From: Proteromonas lacertae
Lineage: Eukaryota
Assembly (NCBI GenBank): GCA_002245135.1
Contig: NGBS01000017.1
Location: 124,001-166,767 of the forward strand
Length of the DNA: 42,767 bases
Reading direction: 5' to 3'
This document shows, in pieces, positions 1-14,100 of this stretch. The number at the start of each line of letters is the position of its first letter. Position 1 is the stretch's first letter. A program made the position numbers and the translations under genes. A model generated the notes under the pieces. That model made no database searches, had not been told where the DNA came from, and worked only from the letters and a program-made list of their open reading frames with translations.

Positions 1-1
1 A

Positions 2-76
2 AGTCAAGGAAGTGAATCAGGAAAACCAAAATCTGAAGTAGTTATTTCTGATTGTGGGGAAATAAAGACAAATTAA
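2..76 (+). CDS. Cyclophilin-type peptidyl-prolyl isomerase, 3' end only (5' truncated by window)
   Basis: Frame from nt 2 reads SQGSESGKPKSEVVISDCGEIKTN*, matching the cyclophilin C-terminal GS.SG.P...V.I.DCG motif. Confidence 0.8.
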   Translation, partial: SQGSESGKPKSEVVISDCGEIKTN

Positions 77-180
77 TCAATAATGTTGTTTTGATATGTT
101 TTATTAGTGATTTACAACAATAATTTCAAAATCAATTATCAAACTTTTGCTTGACAATTTCTGTTTGATTTTGTTCCTTC

Positions 181-2239
181 ATGAACGAGGCTCCTAGGCG
201 TCGTGGAAGACCACGAAAGAATCCAATTCCATGCGATAACCGTAAAGGCTCGTATTATGATATTTACAAGGCTCCTTCCTTTATGAGTCAGACATGGACT
301 AAAGAAGAGGATAGAGTATAACAATTTAAATATAATAAATTAATTTATAGGAAATATTACAATATGCGGAAAAATCAAACAAGAATTGGTTTTCTGCACC
401 TTCTTATTTTCATACTGTTGGTAAAAGAACTCCATTTGATTATTCAAGACGTTACAATTATTTAACACAAATAAAAAACCAATGGACACCCCTTGAAGAT
501 GACAAATTAGTTCAATTAGTAAGTCAATTCGGAGATCACAACTGGCAAGCTGTTTCTAAATCATTGCCAGGTCATACAGCAAAGCAATGTTGTATAAGGT
601 ATTCAGGATTATTAGCTTCGCAAGCAACAGAGCCATGGACAGAAGAAGAAGATCAAATTATATATAATCTATATAGTAACTATGGAACTCAATACGCTAA
701 ATATATCTCAGAATTACCAGGACGAACTTTAGATGAAATAAAGGTGCATACAATGAATTTAATTCAACAATCTCCAAATGACACTATCAACACCAATAAT
801 GATGAAGAAGAAATATTAGACGTATTATCAGAGACAAAATCATTACCACAAATATCCTCAACTAGTCCACATAAAACATTTTTGAAATTAGATGAAAAAC
901 CAGAAGTTTATCAAAGAGCAGTAAAAGCAGTATCTTATTATAATAGTAAATATTTAGAAGATGAAAGGAAAAGAAATGAAAAATTAATCAATTTTGAATT
1001 AAATAATTATCATTTAAAAAAGATTGAAAAATTATTACAAGATAAAAATGGTAAATCTCAACAACAACTTCCTCAACAGCAGCAGCAACAACAACAACAA
1101 CAATCTCAGTATAATAATAATTACAATAATCTCAATGAAATCTCGCCAAGATATTATTATGGAAATGATTTCTTAGATAATAATGGTATTGGTGATGAGT
1201 TTCAAAATAATCCATATTTATTATCATCATCATCATATTCTCCACGTTTACCATTTACACAGCCAAGCCAACATAGTCATCATCCACACCAACAACAACA
1301 AACTCCAACTATGTCATCTACATCACCTTCATCTTCTTATTATATTAACAACAACAACAATAACAATGACAATATGATGAATATGATGATGATGGGTATG
1401 ATGAATGATGATAATATGATTATTTCACCTCGTCTATCTCCAAAGACATCTCCACGATTATTAAGATCAAGAACACCATCTCCACGACCTGTAGATCGAT
1501 ATATTGTTGATGATAATCCATTACTTTCATCAACAAATTATAATTCTTACAATAATAATAATAATAATAATAATGGTTATTACTATTATAACGGTGTATT
1601 ATATAATGATATTAGTCCAAGATATTCTCCTCGAGTTATATCTCCAAGATTACTAAGTGGTAGTGGTGGTAATACTAATCCAGGTGATATTTCTCCATCT
1701 TTAAATGATTTATTTAATAGCAATAACAATAATATAATTGATAATGCATTTGGATTATCAGATTTAAATACCAGTAATAACAATAGCAATATTTCTCCTA
1801 AATATAATAGTAATAATAATTATGAATATTTACCATCTCCTAATATATCACCAAGGTCAGCTACACTTGGTAATATAGAAACTCCTCTATCAGCTATATC
1901 GGAAGGATCATTGAAGAATTTTTGGCAAGAAATGGATGATAATGATTATAAACAACAACAGAAGCAGCAGCAGAACAACAACAACAGTTACCTCCACCAC
2001 AAAGGACTCCCACAAATTCAAACTATCCATCTTTAACACCTACTGCATGTCAGTTAAGAAACCTTCAATCTCAAAATATATCTGATAAAGAAAGGACTGA
2101 TATAAAGAAGCAGATATTTGCTAGTCCTACAAACAGCAAAACAGAAGAATTGAGAAATATATGTGCTTTAGAGAGATCTGGTGCAATTACTCATGAAGAA
2201 GCTGAAAATAGAAAGAAATCATTATATTCTAGACAATAA
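181..2239 (+). CDS. AT-hook plus three-repeat Myb/SANT transcription factor with N/Q-rich, SPR-rich tail; apparent 1-nt frameshift near 1973
   Basis: ATG 181 gives MNEAPRRRGRPRKNP (AT-hook). Myb repeats WTKEED, WTPLEDDKLVQLVSQFGDHNWQAVSKSLPGHTAKQC and WTEEEDQII...LPGRT. Intron 316-350 joins in frame to the 564-2036 ORF. Literal stop at 2036, but the -1 frame continues QQQLPPPQ...KKSLYSRQ* to 2239. Confidence 0.8.
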
Positions 2240-2327
2240 TATCTTAATTTTCTATATGTTTATTTTTCGAAAAAATCTGAAACGATATTATTTTTCGTAA
2301 ACCCAATTTTTATTTTTTTTTGAGAAA

Positions 2328-3358
2328 ATGACAGAGTATTGTCGCTTTATTTTTATAACCCATCTAGAGATTCTACAAAAATGGATACTTTTAAGTTCAA
2401 GAGAGGTGAAGAAGGAACTGACAGTAATGCAAAAACTAGAAGATATATTGTGATGAATGACATTGAAAATACGTATGATTAATTAATTTATTTATTTAGT
2501 ACAGAAATTAAAGCTAACATAGCTATGCCGCAGGGATTTGATAAAAACGAGTGGCTTGCCACAAATAGTATATAATAACCTACTATATATTAGTTGTATT
2601 TTTCTTTGATGACATCTGTCACTTCGTTAAAGTAATATTCTCCAAATGTACTCCAGATACCTGTCCAAAAATGAATATAGGCACAAAATACGAATATTTA
2701 TGGCAAGATCCAGTCGAATATCCTACTCCTACAAACCTATGTGCAAAGGATTACATTGACAAAATGCTGACTTGGGTTGAAAATCTATTAAACGATGAAA
2801 AGATCTTTCCAACATTAGTGGAACAATCATTTCCAGATGATTTTATAACAGTAGTTGGTAATATTTTTAGGAGATTATTTCGAGCATATGGTCATATATA
2901 TTCAAAGTATATATAAAAAATTATTTTATTTTAGTCACTATAATTATTTTGCTGATGAAAATCTCTCTTCTTATTATAATACATGTTTTAAAAGGTTTAT
3001 ATTATTTTCAAGAGAATTTAACTTAATTCCAGCCAGAGAACTAGAACCATTGAGTGTATTAATTTTATTATATATATATATATATATAATAGAATGAAAT
3101 AAAGTTATTACTAAAAGAATCAAATGATGTAAATGAAAATAGTCTAAAAGACTCAGTAAGTCAAGAAGATGTGATTGTTGCACCACTTAAATTTCCAGAA
3201 GATCCGTATATATATATATATATTCATATTTATTATTATTTAGTCCTCCACCTAAGCTTCACAAACATTCTAGTAGTGGATATAACAATAATAAGAATAA
3301 TAATGGAACAAATGAATATGAAGGAGATAGTACCAATGAGTGTTGTAATATAATGTAG
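2328..3358 (+). CDS. MOB1/phocein-family kinase activator with C-terminal extension ending CCNIM
   Basis: Spliced product contains MPQGFDKNEWLATN, CTPDTCPKM, EYLWQD, AKDYIDKMLTWVENLLNDEKIFP, IFRRLFRAYGHIY, NTCFKRFILFSREFNLIPARELEPL. Six short GT..AG introns, e.g. 2336-2367 and 3206-3243. Confidence 0.88.
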
Positions 3359-3443
3359 TGATGTGTTATATTTTATTTTATTTAAAACAATATATACATT
3401 TTTATATACTTTTTTTTATTGATAATAAAAGATAAAAATTAAA

Positions 3444-4428
3444 TTATTTGAAAGTGAGATTTGGATCTGATGAATTAAATACTTTATAAATTGTTTCAGA
3501 TAATGCTTTTTGTTTGGCTTTACCAAATATATTCTATTCAATAAATAAATAAAAACATAAACATACTTCCAACATTTCTTTCTTTTCTTTCTCACTATTC
3601 AACATTTCATAAGCATTATATAAACTATTCAAGGTTGGATAAACTTCAACTATTTTACACATTCTTTCTTCACTTACTCCAGGTATTACTTTCAACATTC
3701 TCATATAACTCTGTTGATATTCAGATAAACTACCATCAGCTGCTATTTTCCTCTTTTTAACCGTTGATATTGTATCAGATGTTAATTTATAAGGCATTTC
3801 ACTCAATGTTTTAGCTATTTCTATTACATATTCTGATATTTGGGATAATCTTGATTTTTCCACTATTTCATTTCCTGTTTTTATATAAATTGATATTTTT
3901 GTTTCGTTTAATAGAGTTGGAGTTATTTTGAATGACATTCTTTTGTGTTTTTTCATCACTTTATTCATCTCTTCATCTATTCCATTCCAAATGTGAATTA
4001 TTCTCATTTTCTTGTTATTTATCTTTGGAAATTTTAAACTAATGTAATATAATCACTTATATACTTCAATTCTTTTATTTCTTCAAGTATATCAATTTCT
4101 TTATCTAAACTATCTACTATCTCTTTTCCTTCACATATATGGATGATCAAAGGTATTTCATCCAGTTTATCAGATTCACACTATTATAATATCAATATTA
4201 ATAATAAAAATATACATCTTCTTCTACAAGATAATTATCGATATCTTCTGCTTGCCAAGGTCTTCTTTTAAAACCAATGCAATTCTTTACATCATATTTC
4301 AATGGCTTACCAAAACAGAACTCTTTATTAGCTGTGTGTTTCAATACTGTTTCTATTTCACTTCCTATCAAATCTTTAGATAGTGATATTATTAATTCTT
4401 TGTGATATATATCCAATCTATACGGCAT
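3444..4428 (-). CDS. EME1: EME1/Mms4-like crossover junction endonuclease subunit (ERCC4-like + HhH)
   Basis: IAKTLSEMPYK and YMRMLKVIPGVSEERMCKIVEVYPTLNSLYNAY match the EME1 C-terminal HhH region. Last exon reads KQKALSETIYKVFNSSDPNLTFK*. ORFs 4198-4428 and 3534-4007 are joined through short introns. Confidence 0.7.
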
Positions 4429-4568
4429 TCAGCTCAAATTTCAAATTTTAATTTTTGATCATGATCTGAGTTTATCTCAAAAACTAAAAAAATTAAAAAT
4501 CTCATCAAATATATCTTATTATCAATTATAAACAATTTAAAATAAATATTTATTAACATATTATTGAC

Positions 4569-4994
4569 TCATTCAAAATAATTACCTAGAAAACAATAAG
4601 CATTGTAGCTATTTGATAAATCAATCATTTCATATCCACATTCTTTGGTGAAATCATATTCAGTCCATTTGAAGAAGAATGACTTCATTTCCTGATATTT
4701 CAATTGATCTTCTGGTTTTTCAATTTCAGAAACATCACCTAAATAATATGCTACTATTCCTAAGATGTACATAAAATTTGGCATATTTTTCACTCTTTCG
4801 CATAGCTTTTCATCCAAACACTTCTCACATAAACACATTAAAGGTTTTATGATATTATAAAATACCGATATTATCTCCTCACTCTCTGGTATTAATGATA
4901 CACTAAATTCCTCAGAAATATTTTCGATTTCTAAAAACAGTTCATTAAACCCACTATTCATCTCTTCACTCTCTTTTATTGTCATAGTTAACAT
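4569..4994 (-). CDS. Hypothetical protein (141 aa)
   Basis: Clean ATG-to-stop ORF with protein-like composition filling the EME1-XPB gap; no family recognised. Confidence 0.55.
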   Translation of the reverse strand: MLTMTIKESEEMNSGFNELFLEIENISEEFSVSLIPESEEIISVFYNIIKPLMCLCEKCLDEKLCERVKNMPNFMYILGIVAYYLGDVSEIEKPEDQLKYQEMKSFFFKWTEYDFTKECGYEMIDLSNSYNAYCFLGNYFE

Positions 4995-5140
4995 AATTCA
5001 ACTAAATTTTACAGATAATAATAATAAAGAATGTAAAAATAAAGAAAACAAAAGTTTGGAGGGAAAAAGAAAATTATGGCGGTTTTTTATTAATGAAGAT
5101 TTTTACTTCACAAATTCACTATTATAAAGAAACAAAATTT

Positions 5141-7710
5141 TCAATAGTTATTATTTATCATAAAACTACCACTTCTACCTCCTGATAAAGCACTTGAATT
5201 AGTTTCTGTTCTTCTTACACTTGAAGTTGGATTTGAATTTGATGTTGTTGAGATATTTATTGTATTATCATTATCATTGTCATTATTATTATTATTATTG
5301 TTTTTATCATTTTTATTTCTACTCAACTTATCTTCAATATCCAATAACAACTTCTTTATTTCTTCATTACTTTTGTATAATTTACATTCTTCTAATCTCT
5401 TTTCTGTCATTAAATCTTTCTTTATCTCAAAACTATAACCTTGATCCAATAAAAACTTCTGTCTTCTAGTCGCATAATACATTTCTTTTGTATAAGTTGA
5501 AACTAATGAATAGAAATAAGCATTATATCCACTCGTACAGCCTTTCTTTGGTCTTAATATTCGACCTAATCTTTGAGCTTCTTGTCTTCGAGCTGAAAAA
5601 TGAGAAGCAACTTGAATCAATACTGTTGCTTGAGGTAAATCAATTGAAGTATCACCAACTCGAGATATAAATAAGGTATTTAAATCTTTATTTTCTCGAA
5701 ATGATTGAAATAAACTCTCTCTTTCTCTTTCACCTACACTTCCATCAATAAATGGTCTTTTCATTGCTAGACTGTATAATCGAATTGCTATTATATTATC
5801 ACAAAAAACTAAGATTTTATCTCCTTGTTTCTCATGATATTTCACTAAATATTCACACGCATGAATCTTGTTAGGATTCATTACATAATAAATATTTCGA
5901 TTTCTTTCATTACTTCTTATATATTGTTTATAAAACTCTTTTTCCATTTCACACCAGATTTCAACACATTGAACTTTGGATAAAAATCCATTCTAAAAAG
6001 AAAATTATATAATAACAATATATATATAAAATACATCAGTTAATTCCATCCAATTAGCTTCATATAATTTTGGTCCAACCTAAATAATTCAAATCAGATA
6101 TTAAATTATCTTCTCTTACTAGAGTTGCAGTTAAACCTAACTTACAATGACATTTCATTGAACTTGTTATTCTTCGAAATGTTGATGCTGGAGCTACATG
6201 CACTTCATCTAATATTAATAAACCCCATTCTCGATTTCTCATTTCTTCTAATATCCTTTCAGTATCAGCACCTCTATGACCACTGAAACTTAACATCGAA
6301 TATGTTGTCACTAATAAAACAGCTTCATCTTTAGGTAAATCATGCTATTATCACAATTATATATGAAGATATAAATATATTTATACTTTTTCATCAGCAG
6401 TAAACTTTATTACATTATGTTGAGGTATTGTAGAAAATGTATAAAACTGTTGAACCCATTGATTTACTGAAAATGTCGCTGTACAAACACATAAACAACT
6501 TTTCTTTATAGTTGAAGCAGCTACAATTCCTACCAATGTTTTACCAGCTCCACAAGGTAATACAACTACTCCAGATCTGCCTCTTCCATTACCAAACATT
6601 TTACTTAACGATTTCTCTTGATATGGTCTTATATAGACTGAAGATCTTAAATCGATTGGTAAACAGGGATTTTTCTATTCAAATAACATTATTAATATTA
6701 ATAATATATATATATACTGTATCTTTTCTAAAATCATATTCATCAATCATTGGATATATATTATTACATATTTGTTTAATCTTTTCTACTGTTTCTTGAT
6801 CAGATTTTATTGGAAAACTATAATTCTTTCGAGCTTTCGCACTTTCTAATTCTTCTTCTATATTTCCTATTTCACCAGCATTCTATTATTTATTATTAAC
6901 ATAAAAATATACTAAAACATCTAAATTACTACTCAATTCTTTTAATGTATCACTTTCTTCAAATTCATTTGAATTTTCATTCAATTTTGCTGCATTTATT
7001 TCATTATTATTTAACATATCTCTTAATATTGATGGATTACTTGATTCTATATAATATTTACTATTCTTTAATATCAATCTCGCTTTACCACAATTCTTTG
7101 TCCAATCTAATATCAAATCACATAATCTTGTCTCGATTTCTACTTTTGATAAGTAATTTAATGTCTATTGTATGTACATATATTATATTATTATTATACA
7201 TGTAAAATATCTTCAGGAAGAATTCCCATTGAAACTGCTGCATAAAGTGAATATTTGGTTATTCGATATTCATGAATATAACTTGGTCGGCTTACAGGTT
7301 CAGCAACTGCTACTAGAAAATCAGTTGCCTTTTGATATAAAGGACAATTTACTTCTAAAAGTATATGACAAGCATAACCTTTGCTTTCAGCAGTCTCTTC
7401 GATTTTATCTTTTTTAATTACAATTGCTAGATCAGGCGGATACATACAGACCCATAAAGGACGGTTTTCATGATCTGGCTTTAATTTCAGGTTTGAAAAG
7501 TCACAAGAATCAATTATATCATCTAGAAATTATAAATAATATACCTTCTGTAGAATCAAGATTTAATTCACTTACTTTATCAATTTCAGTCTCATACTAA
7601 TAATAAAACAAAATAGTAATTACCAAGTAATCATTCTTGTTTGAGGTAGTTTTTTTATATCGTTTGGTGTCTGATATAGCGGGAGGAAGCTCTAATTTTC
7701 TTTTATTCAT
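5141..7710 (-). CDS. XPB: TFIIH/NER DNA helicase XPB (ERCC3/Rad25/Ssl2)
   Basis: [45 protein letters not shown], Walker [57 protein letters not shown]. Multi-exon; ATG inferred at 7710. Confidence 0.96.
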
Positions 7711-8102
7711 TCTTTAGACTTAACAAAATTTTCACAAACCCATTTTAATAATGAATTCTATTGGATAAAAGAATAACTAAATTATATTCGTTTCATTTTA
7801 AGAAAAATATGTTTTTCTTAAAATCTCTGCTTGAGAGTATAATATACTCAATATTACCTTCTAGTACTCATTTATTTTTGTACATTTATGTATTATAGAT
7901 AAAAGATAGAATTTGTAAAAGCAATTGTTGAAAGTGTTAAATGTTGTTGAAATAAAGGAAAAGAAGTTATTGGAATTCTATGAGATAAACTCATTCTTAT
8001 CAGAATGTTGTCTGTCATATCTATATACTTTTAGAATGTTTCAACTGAATAATCGTGTCCTTCAACCCTGGAAATAACAAATAATAATAATAATTTAAAA
8101 AT

Positions 8103-11100
8103 TTAAGGAGATTTTATACTCACACTATCATTAACATTTCTTCTACCACTTATATTTCTACTACTCACAGAATTATTCTTTGCTCGAGGAGACATTACAC
8201 TATAACTTTTACCAAACGCTTCTTCAAAAAAGAATTGTGGTTCAGATATTGTTGCCATTGCCATTTCACCTGCTTCAAGTATTTTTGGGGTTAAACGGAA
8301 ATCTACCTCGACTTGCTGCTGCTTTGGCTGATTTGTTTCTTTGAGTTCTAGAACCAGCAGAACTTCCACTTCTACTTCCACCTGCTGTTGAAGATCCAAA
8401 TGTTGATGATAATTCGGTTGTATATAAATACATTACTTTTGATCCAAATTGAACCAAGATTATCATAAATACACCGATTTCTATACCTAAACTTCTCAAT
8501 AACATCAAAGTATCAGTTTCACTAGACATTAAATAATCCAATGGAACTAATATCACACCCATAATTATCATAATAGCAATTGTCGCCATTAATGACATTG
8601 ATTCATTAAATTCAGCTGAAGCATTTCTCACACTCCATGCAAGTTTCGCACCCCAGAAGAATAATAGGAAAACAGCTACTAATTCAATTGCACTATTCAA
8701 ATAAAATAAATTAATAATAATAATAATAATATACACAAATGCTGTACTGGAAGTACATTCTCTCATATGAACATCATCTAAATAAGTCGAATAACCGCTA
8801 CTAAATGATAATGTCGGTTCAGATGGTGATACAATTTGCCATATAACTAAATACACAATTTGAATTGCTAATGTTAAACCAATCATTTTTAATAACATTG
8901 CATTTGATACTTTCACTTTCTGCAATTGTTTATTGTTAAACAATTTATGAATTCTCCATGCTTTACTAAACATAATACTAAATAATAAATCAATTGTTAA
9001 AGACAAACCCCATATTCTAATTGCACATATAATTTCATTATCAGCTAAGATTGTAAATACATCACCCATAACTGATAACAAAAATAATGAGATTAAAGCA
9101 TAATATAAAAACAAAGGACTTGCACTTTTGATTATTTTTGTATGTCGATAATAATATACCATTCCACTTACCAAGATACAACAAACTCCATTTATACAAC
9201 TGAAAGTAATAGATAAGTATCTATAAACTTCATTCAATTCATAAATTACATTATTCTTTGAGAATTGACATTGAGTATCATCTGCTGAAACATATGTCAT
9301 TTTACCTTCTACTATATACTCAATTCCTTGTTGTGGGAAAACTTGAATTAGTGATGTATCTGATAATTGGAAGATATAAATATCTTTTGAAAAATGATTA
9401 TTGTTCTCAGTTTTGATTGGACCAGAAGGACTATCATATGTTATATACTTCAAACTCAATTCAATATAATCATTACCAGGCCATTGACAATTACCACAAT
9501 TTGACATTGAATATTCTACCGCTTGTTTCCATGTGTAAATTGTACTATATGTATTTTCTAATATTTCATTTAGTTCAATAGAATCTTGATATTCAGCTGT
9601 CATTAAGTATTGAAATGCACCTGAAGCAGTGTTTGTAACAGTTGGTGAATATGATGTAACAACATAAGAACCAGTCAATTTCTTTATTACATCTTCACCT
9701 AAATCTAAAGGATCATATTTCATAAAGAATAAAACAGTGGAACTTGTGATTGATGATTGAATATAACCATTAATAAATTGAGTATTTTCACTAGCAAAGT
9801 ATAAGTTAATAATTGCTACACGATTCAACTTATCTAATTTTGTTTCTATATCTTTTAACATTTGTTCTACATACACTGAATTAAAGGGTGATAAGAATGA
9901 ATAACCAACTATTTCAATATGATCATTTTCATTATTAATATTTTCATTTACCTTATTAACTGATTTTTGTATTACATACAACTCAGTAGCGGATGAATTT
10001 CTATCACTTCCAACTACATATAATTTCTTTATTCCTAATGTCTTTATATAATCAATTAAAACATCAGATTTTTGATTGATATTTAATCCACCAACAACCA
10101 TATTCTTTTGGCATTCATAACCATCATCTCTTCCAGTAAAGAAGAATATTGAATTTTTATCTCTTATGTATCTACTTACTTCAGTTCTACATTCAGCGGT
10201 TAAACATCCAAACATTGTATTTGATTTTCCTATTTCATCAATCATTCTTGCATTTCTATAAGCATCAGAGATAGTAACCCAAGTATGATTAGCTGCAATT
10301 TCTCTACCTAAAATCCCTCCAACATCATTGATTTCTTTGACTATTAAATCGATTAGTAATGCATTATATTTCTCAGTTCTTCCGCCTAAATCTTTCTCAT
10401 GGAAGAAGGTAATAATGATTGGATTTGTATCATATCTTCTACCTCTATCTTTATTATAAAAATCACAAATCAAACCAATTTCACTTTCATTGTACTGATT
10501 ATAAATTGATGGTTTAAATGATTGTGTTGGTGACCAGTCCACAACTATTTCACCTATTGAATTAATCGTTCCACTGTATATTCTTCGATTGAAATTATTA
10601 TTTGGATTTACATCAACTGAGCCAGAAGGAGTTTCAACTGTATAATGATATAAATTAGTGATATCTTCATATAAGAATGAATTAGTTTTCTTAATCAATC
10701 CTTTCCAGAATGTTATAGCAGAATAAGCACTTTCATAATCTCCAATCACTTTGTGATCATCACCTATTTGTACATGAATATCTTTATTACAAGTTGGTGC
10801 TAATGTTGGAACTCCAACAGTATTTAATTCACTTTTACCTACAGATTCAAAGTATGAATCAAATGTCATAAAACCATTTAAACATTGTTTATTGTTATTG
10901 TTTGTAAATATTTTTTCTATCAAATTTTCATTGAATAATGAGTTGAGAATTGTGTAAGTTGGATAACTAATTCCATTTTGACATATTACTTCATAAAATG
11001 CTAGTATATCTTCATCATTTGTTAATATTGTAATAATATAACCTCCATTGGGTAATGCTCTTTGTATATCAGTTGCTAAACGACGAGTATTGGTTCTATC

Positions 11101-14100
11101 CATAATAACATTACCATTCGAAGTGATAATCAAATTCTTCATCTTTTCAGTCATTAAGTCAGAGATTTTATTTGCAAATTGATCAGCTGATCTTAGTATA
11201 AATGCACTGGAACTATATTCTAATAGTCTTCTCAACACTGCTTGAGTGATTTGAGAAGGATGTAAATGAGTTGATATAACATTCTGATAACAAGTATCAC
11301 CTAATGATCTCCCTAAGAAAAAGAAGAGTTTATTACTTCCAGTTAATATATCACCAATTCTCTCTAATGTTGAAGGTTTATAACCACCAAATATATAAGT
11401 ATAACGAGTATTATTGACTAATTTCAATAATTCATTTTCATAAATATCATCCGATGATTTTGTATCAATAACAGTGTAATTGATATAATTATCTAACAAT
11501 AATCCATTTCGATTAATATCACCAATTGCTGCGATTAAACTGTCAAAGATTGGAGTTTCAATTTCTCTATCTTCACCTGTCAAAGATAACATAATTAAGA
11601 TTGTATATGTTTGAACTGTATTTCCATCTTCTATATCTAAATTTGAAAAATCGCATTTCTTAAATACACCATTCACTGGTTCAAATGCTTCTGGAACAAT
11701 TGCATCAGTCGAATCATAGATTAAAGTACTTGTTTTATTTTCATTAAATTTCAATATTTTGGGTATTCTCGATAAGTACTGATTTACTCCAAAATATACT
11801 AATCCTTCTGGTGAATTGTATTTTACACTTCTTAAAGCAACTCTGACATTATTTCTTTCTACATTTGCTACATCTACATTCTCTTCTTTTTTATTTTTAG
11901 GTAAAGAATCTAAGGCAGTTTGCCATAGTTTAATTGAACTGTAAGTTCTAATCATAACATCTGATACATAAACATCTGAATCAATTCTTTGATATAATTT
12001 ATTCTTAAACTCCATATTAATATCAGAAGTATCATCAGGATTGTAGAATTCCATATATTCATAATTATAATAAGGTAACTTTCTCATATGTTGAGAATTC
12101 TCCATAATAATTACGTTGAATGGAATTCCATTTCCATTGGTTGCTTCGTTAATATTATCCATTAAAACACTGAATGAGTCTTCATATCCATAGAAGTATA
12201 TACAAACAGATTCTTCTTTCATCATTGCTAATTGAGATATAATCTCTCTTAAGTTGGAATTTGAAAATTCAACATCATTTACTTCATATTCAAATGTTGT
12301 AACATCTTCAATATTCATATTTTTAAGGTATTTCTCCACATATTTTGCATTATAATTATCTACATCACTATCAATGAATATCATCATTTTATCATAAAAT
12401 CTATTTCTTATAACATCTAATATCTTATCATAAAAACTCACATGTTTTACACCAACAAAGATTGGAGCATTACAATAGTTCAATTCCATTTCTAAAAGAT
12501 TAAAAAATATTAATTCATTTTCAGAAGCAATTAAACTATCAACTGCAGCAACACATTCACTTTCAACTGATCCAAATATAGCTAATGGATGATTCTCATT
12601 TATATAATCACTAATATATCTCATACAAATCTCCAAACTGCCTTGAGTATCATAAATATCAGTTTTTAATGAATAACCACCTATTCCTCCATTATCATTA
12701 ATTTCATTAGCTGCCATTTGGAAAATATCAACGTAACCTTCAGCATTTTTAGAGGTTGATAATGCAGCAATCAATCCAACTCTTTTTATTGCAACTTTGT
12801 ATTTATAACCAATCTCAGGTGTTCTTTCTGAAAATGAACATTGATATCCATAACTTGATGGAATGTTCCAATTCCAAGGAGAAGCACTTTGAACATCGTA
12901 TTTGCTATAAATAGTTTGATAAGTCAAGCCGTCTGGATTGTATCGAATCACAAAGAATGGAGCTGTAACGTAATTATTATCGTTCATTGTAATTATTCCA
13001 CTACCAACTTGGAATGATACTCCATACGATCCTTTTCTTACTTTTTCTGTATCAAATGAATCAGCCTTTTTCACAGCTTCAGCATATAAATGGACAGCAG
13101 AATAAGATGCTTCAAATAATGAAGTTGGTTTATCTAAACTAACATAATCTAATGCTTTATTTAAAAACTTCTCATTCTCTTCAGTTGGTAAATCATATGA
13201 GTATCTGACTATTTTATATATATTTTTTCTATCTTCAGCTGGAATTGTATCTGTTTCTTCAACTTCAAGGAATATATCAACAACAGCATACTTATCACTA
13301 TCAATATTCAATCTACTGTAATACTCCATAAAACTCTTAAATACTTCAATTGACACAAATGTTGAAATAATTATTCCACCTTCACTCATTTTAGATTGAA
13401 TATCATTGAATAAATTGTAAGTTATTTGGCTTGTTTCATTATAATTAAATGATCCAACTTCATTAATTAAACCATTTGCTTCACCTTTTATCATTGTTGC
13501 TAAATTCTTTGAATCTGGTTCATCTTCTGTAAGAATATAGTAATTATTCTCATAATCTACAACTAATAAAAACTCCATTAATCTTGTGATAAATTGATTA
13601 GAAACCATTGATGTATAAAATGTATTATAATCACATTCTTCACCAGCTGTAATTCTTGGGTAGTAGAACAATTTATTCGTTTCTACGGCTACTTTTTGTA
13701 CAGCATTCTTACAGACAGGTTCTGTACAACCAACATATGCGACAACATCTTTATCTTGTTTTACTTCATCCAATATACTCTCTAATTTACTAACATCACT
13801 ATTGAAATTTATAAATTTCACTAAAAGTCGATTTTCTTTGATTTTGTCACCATCATATAATTCTCTTAAAGCTGTCATAGCACCAAGAAGAGCTTTTTCA
13901 TGTGTTTTCTTATACATTCCAGCTGTAGCAAATACTAATACAATCTTCTTTACAGGAACATCAGTAACAATTCTTTCATTACGTAAATTACATTCTTTTA
14001 CTTCTTCATTATCTTCTAATACATTACCATAAGCTCTTTGTGGAATAGCAAAGGATGTTTTTTCAATTATTTCATATGAATAATCGTATGATAAAACATT

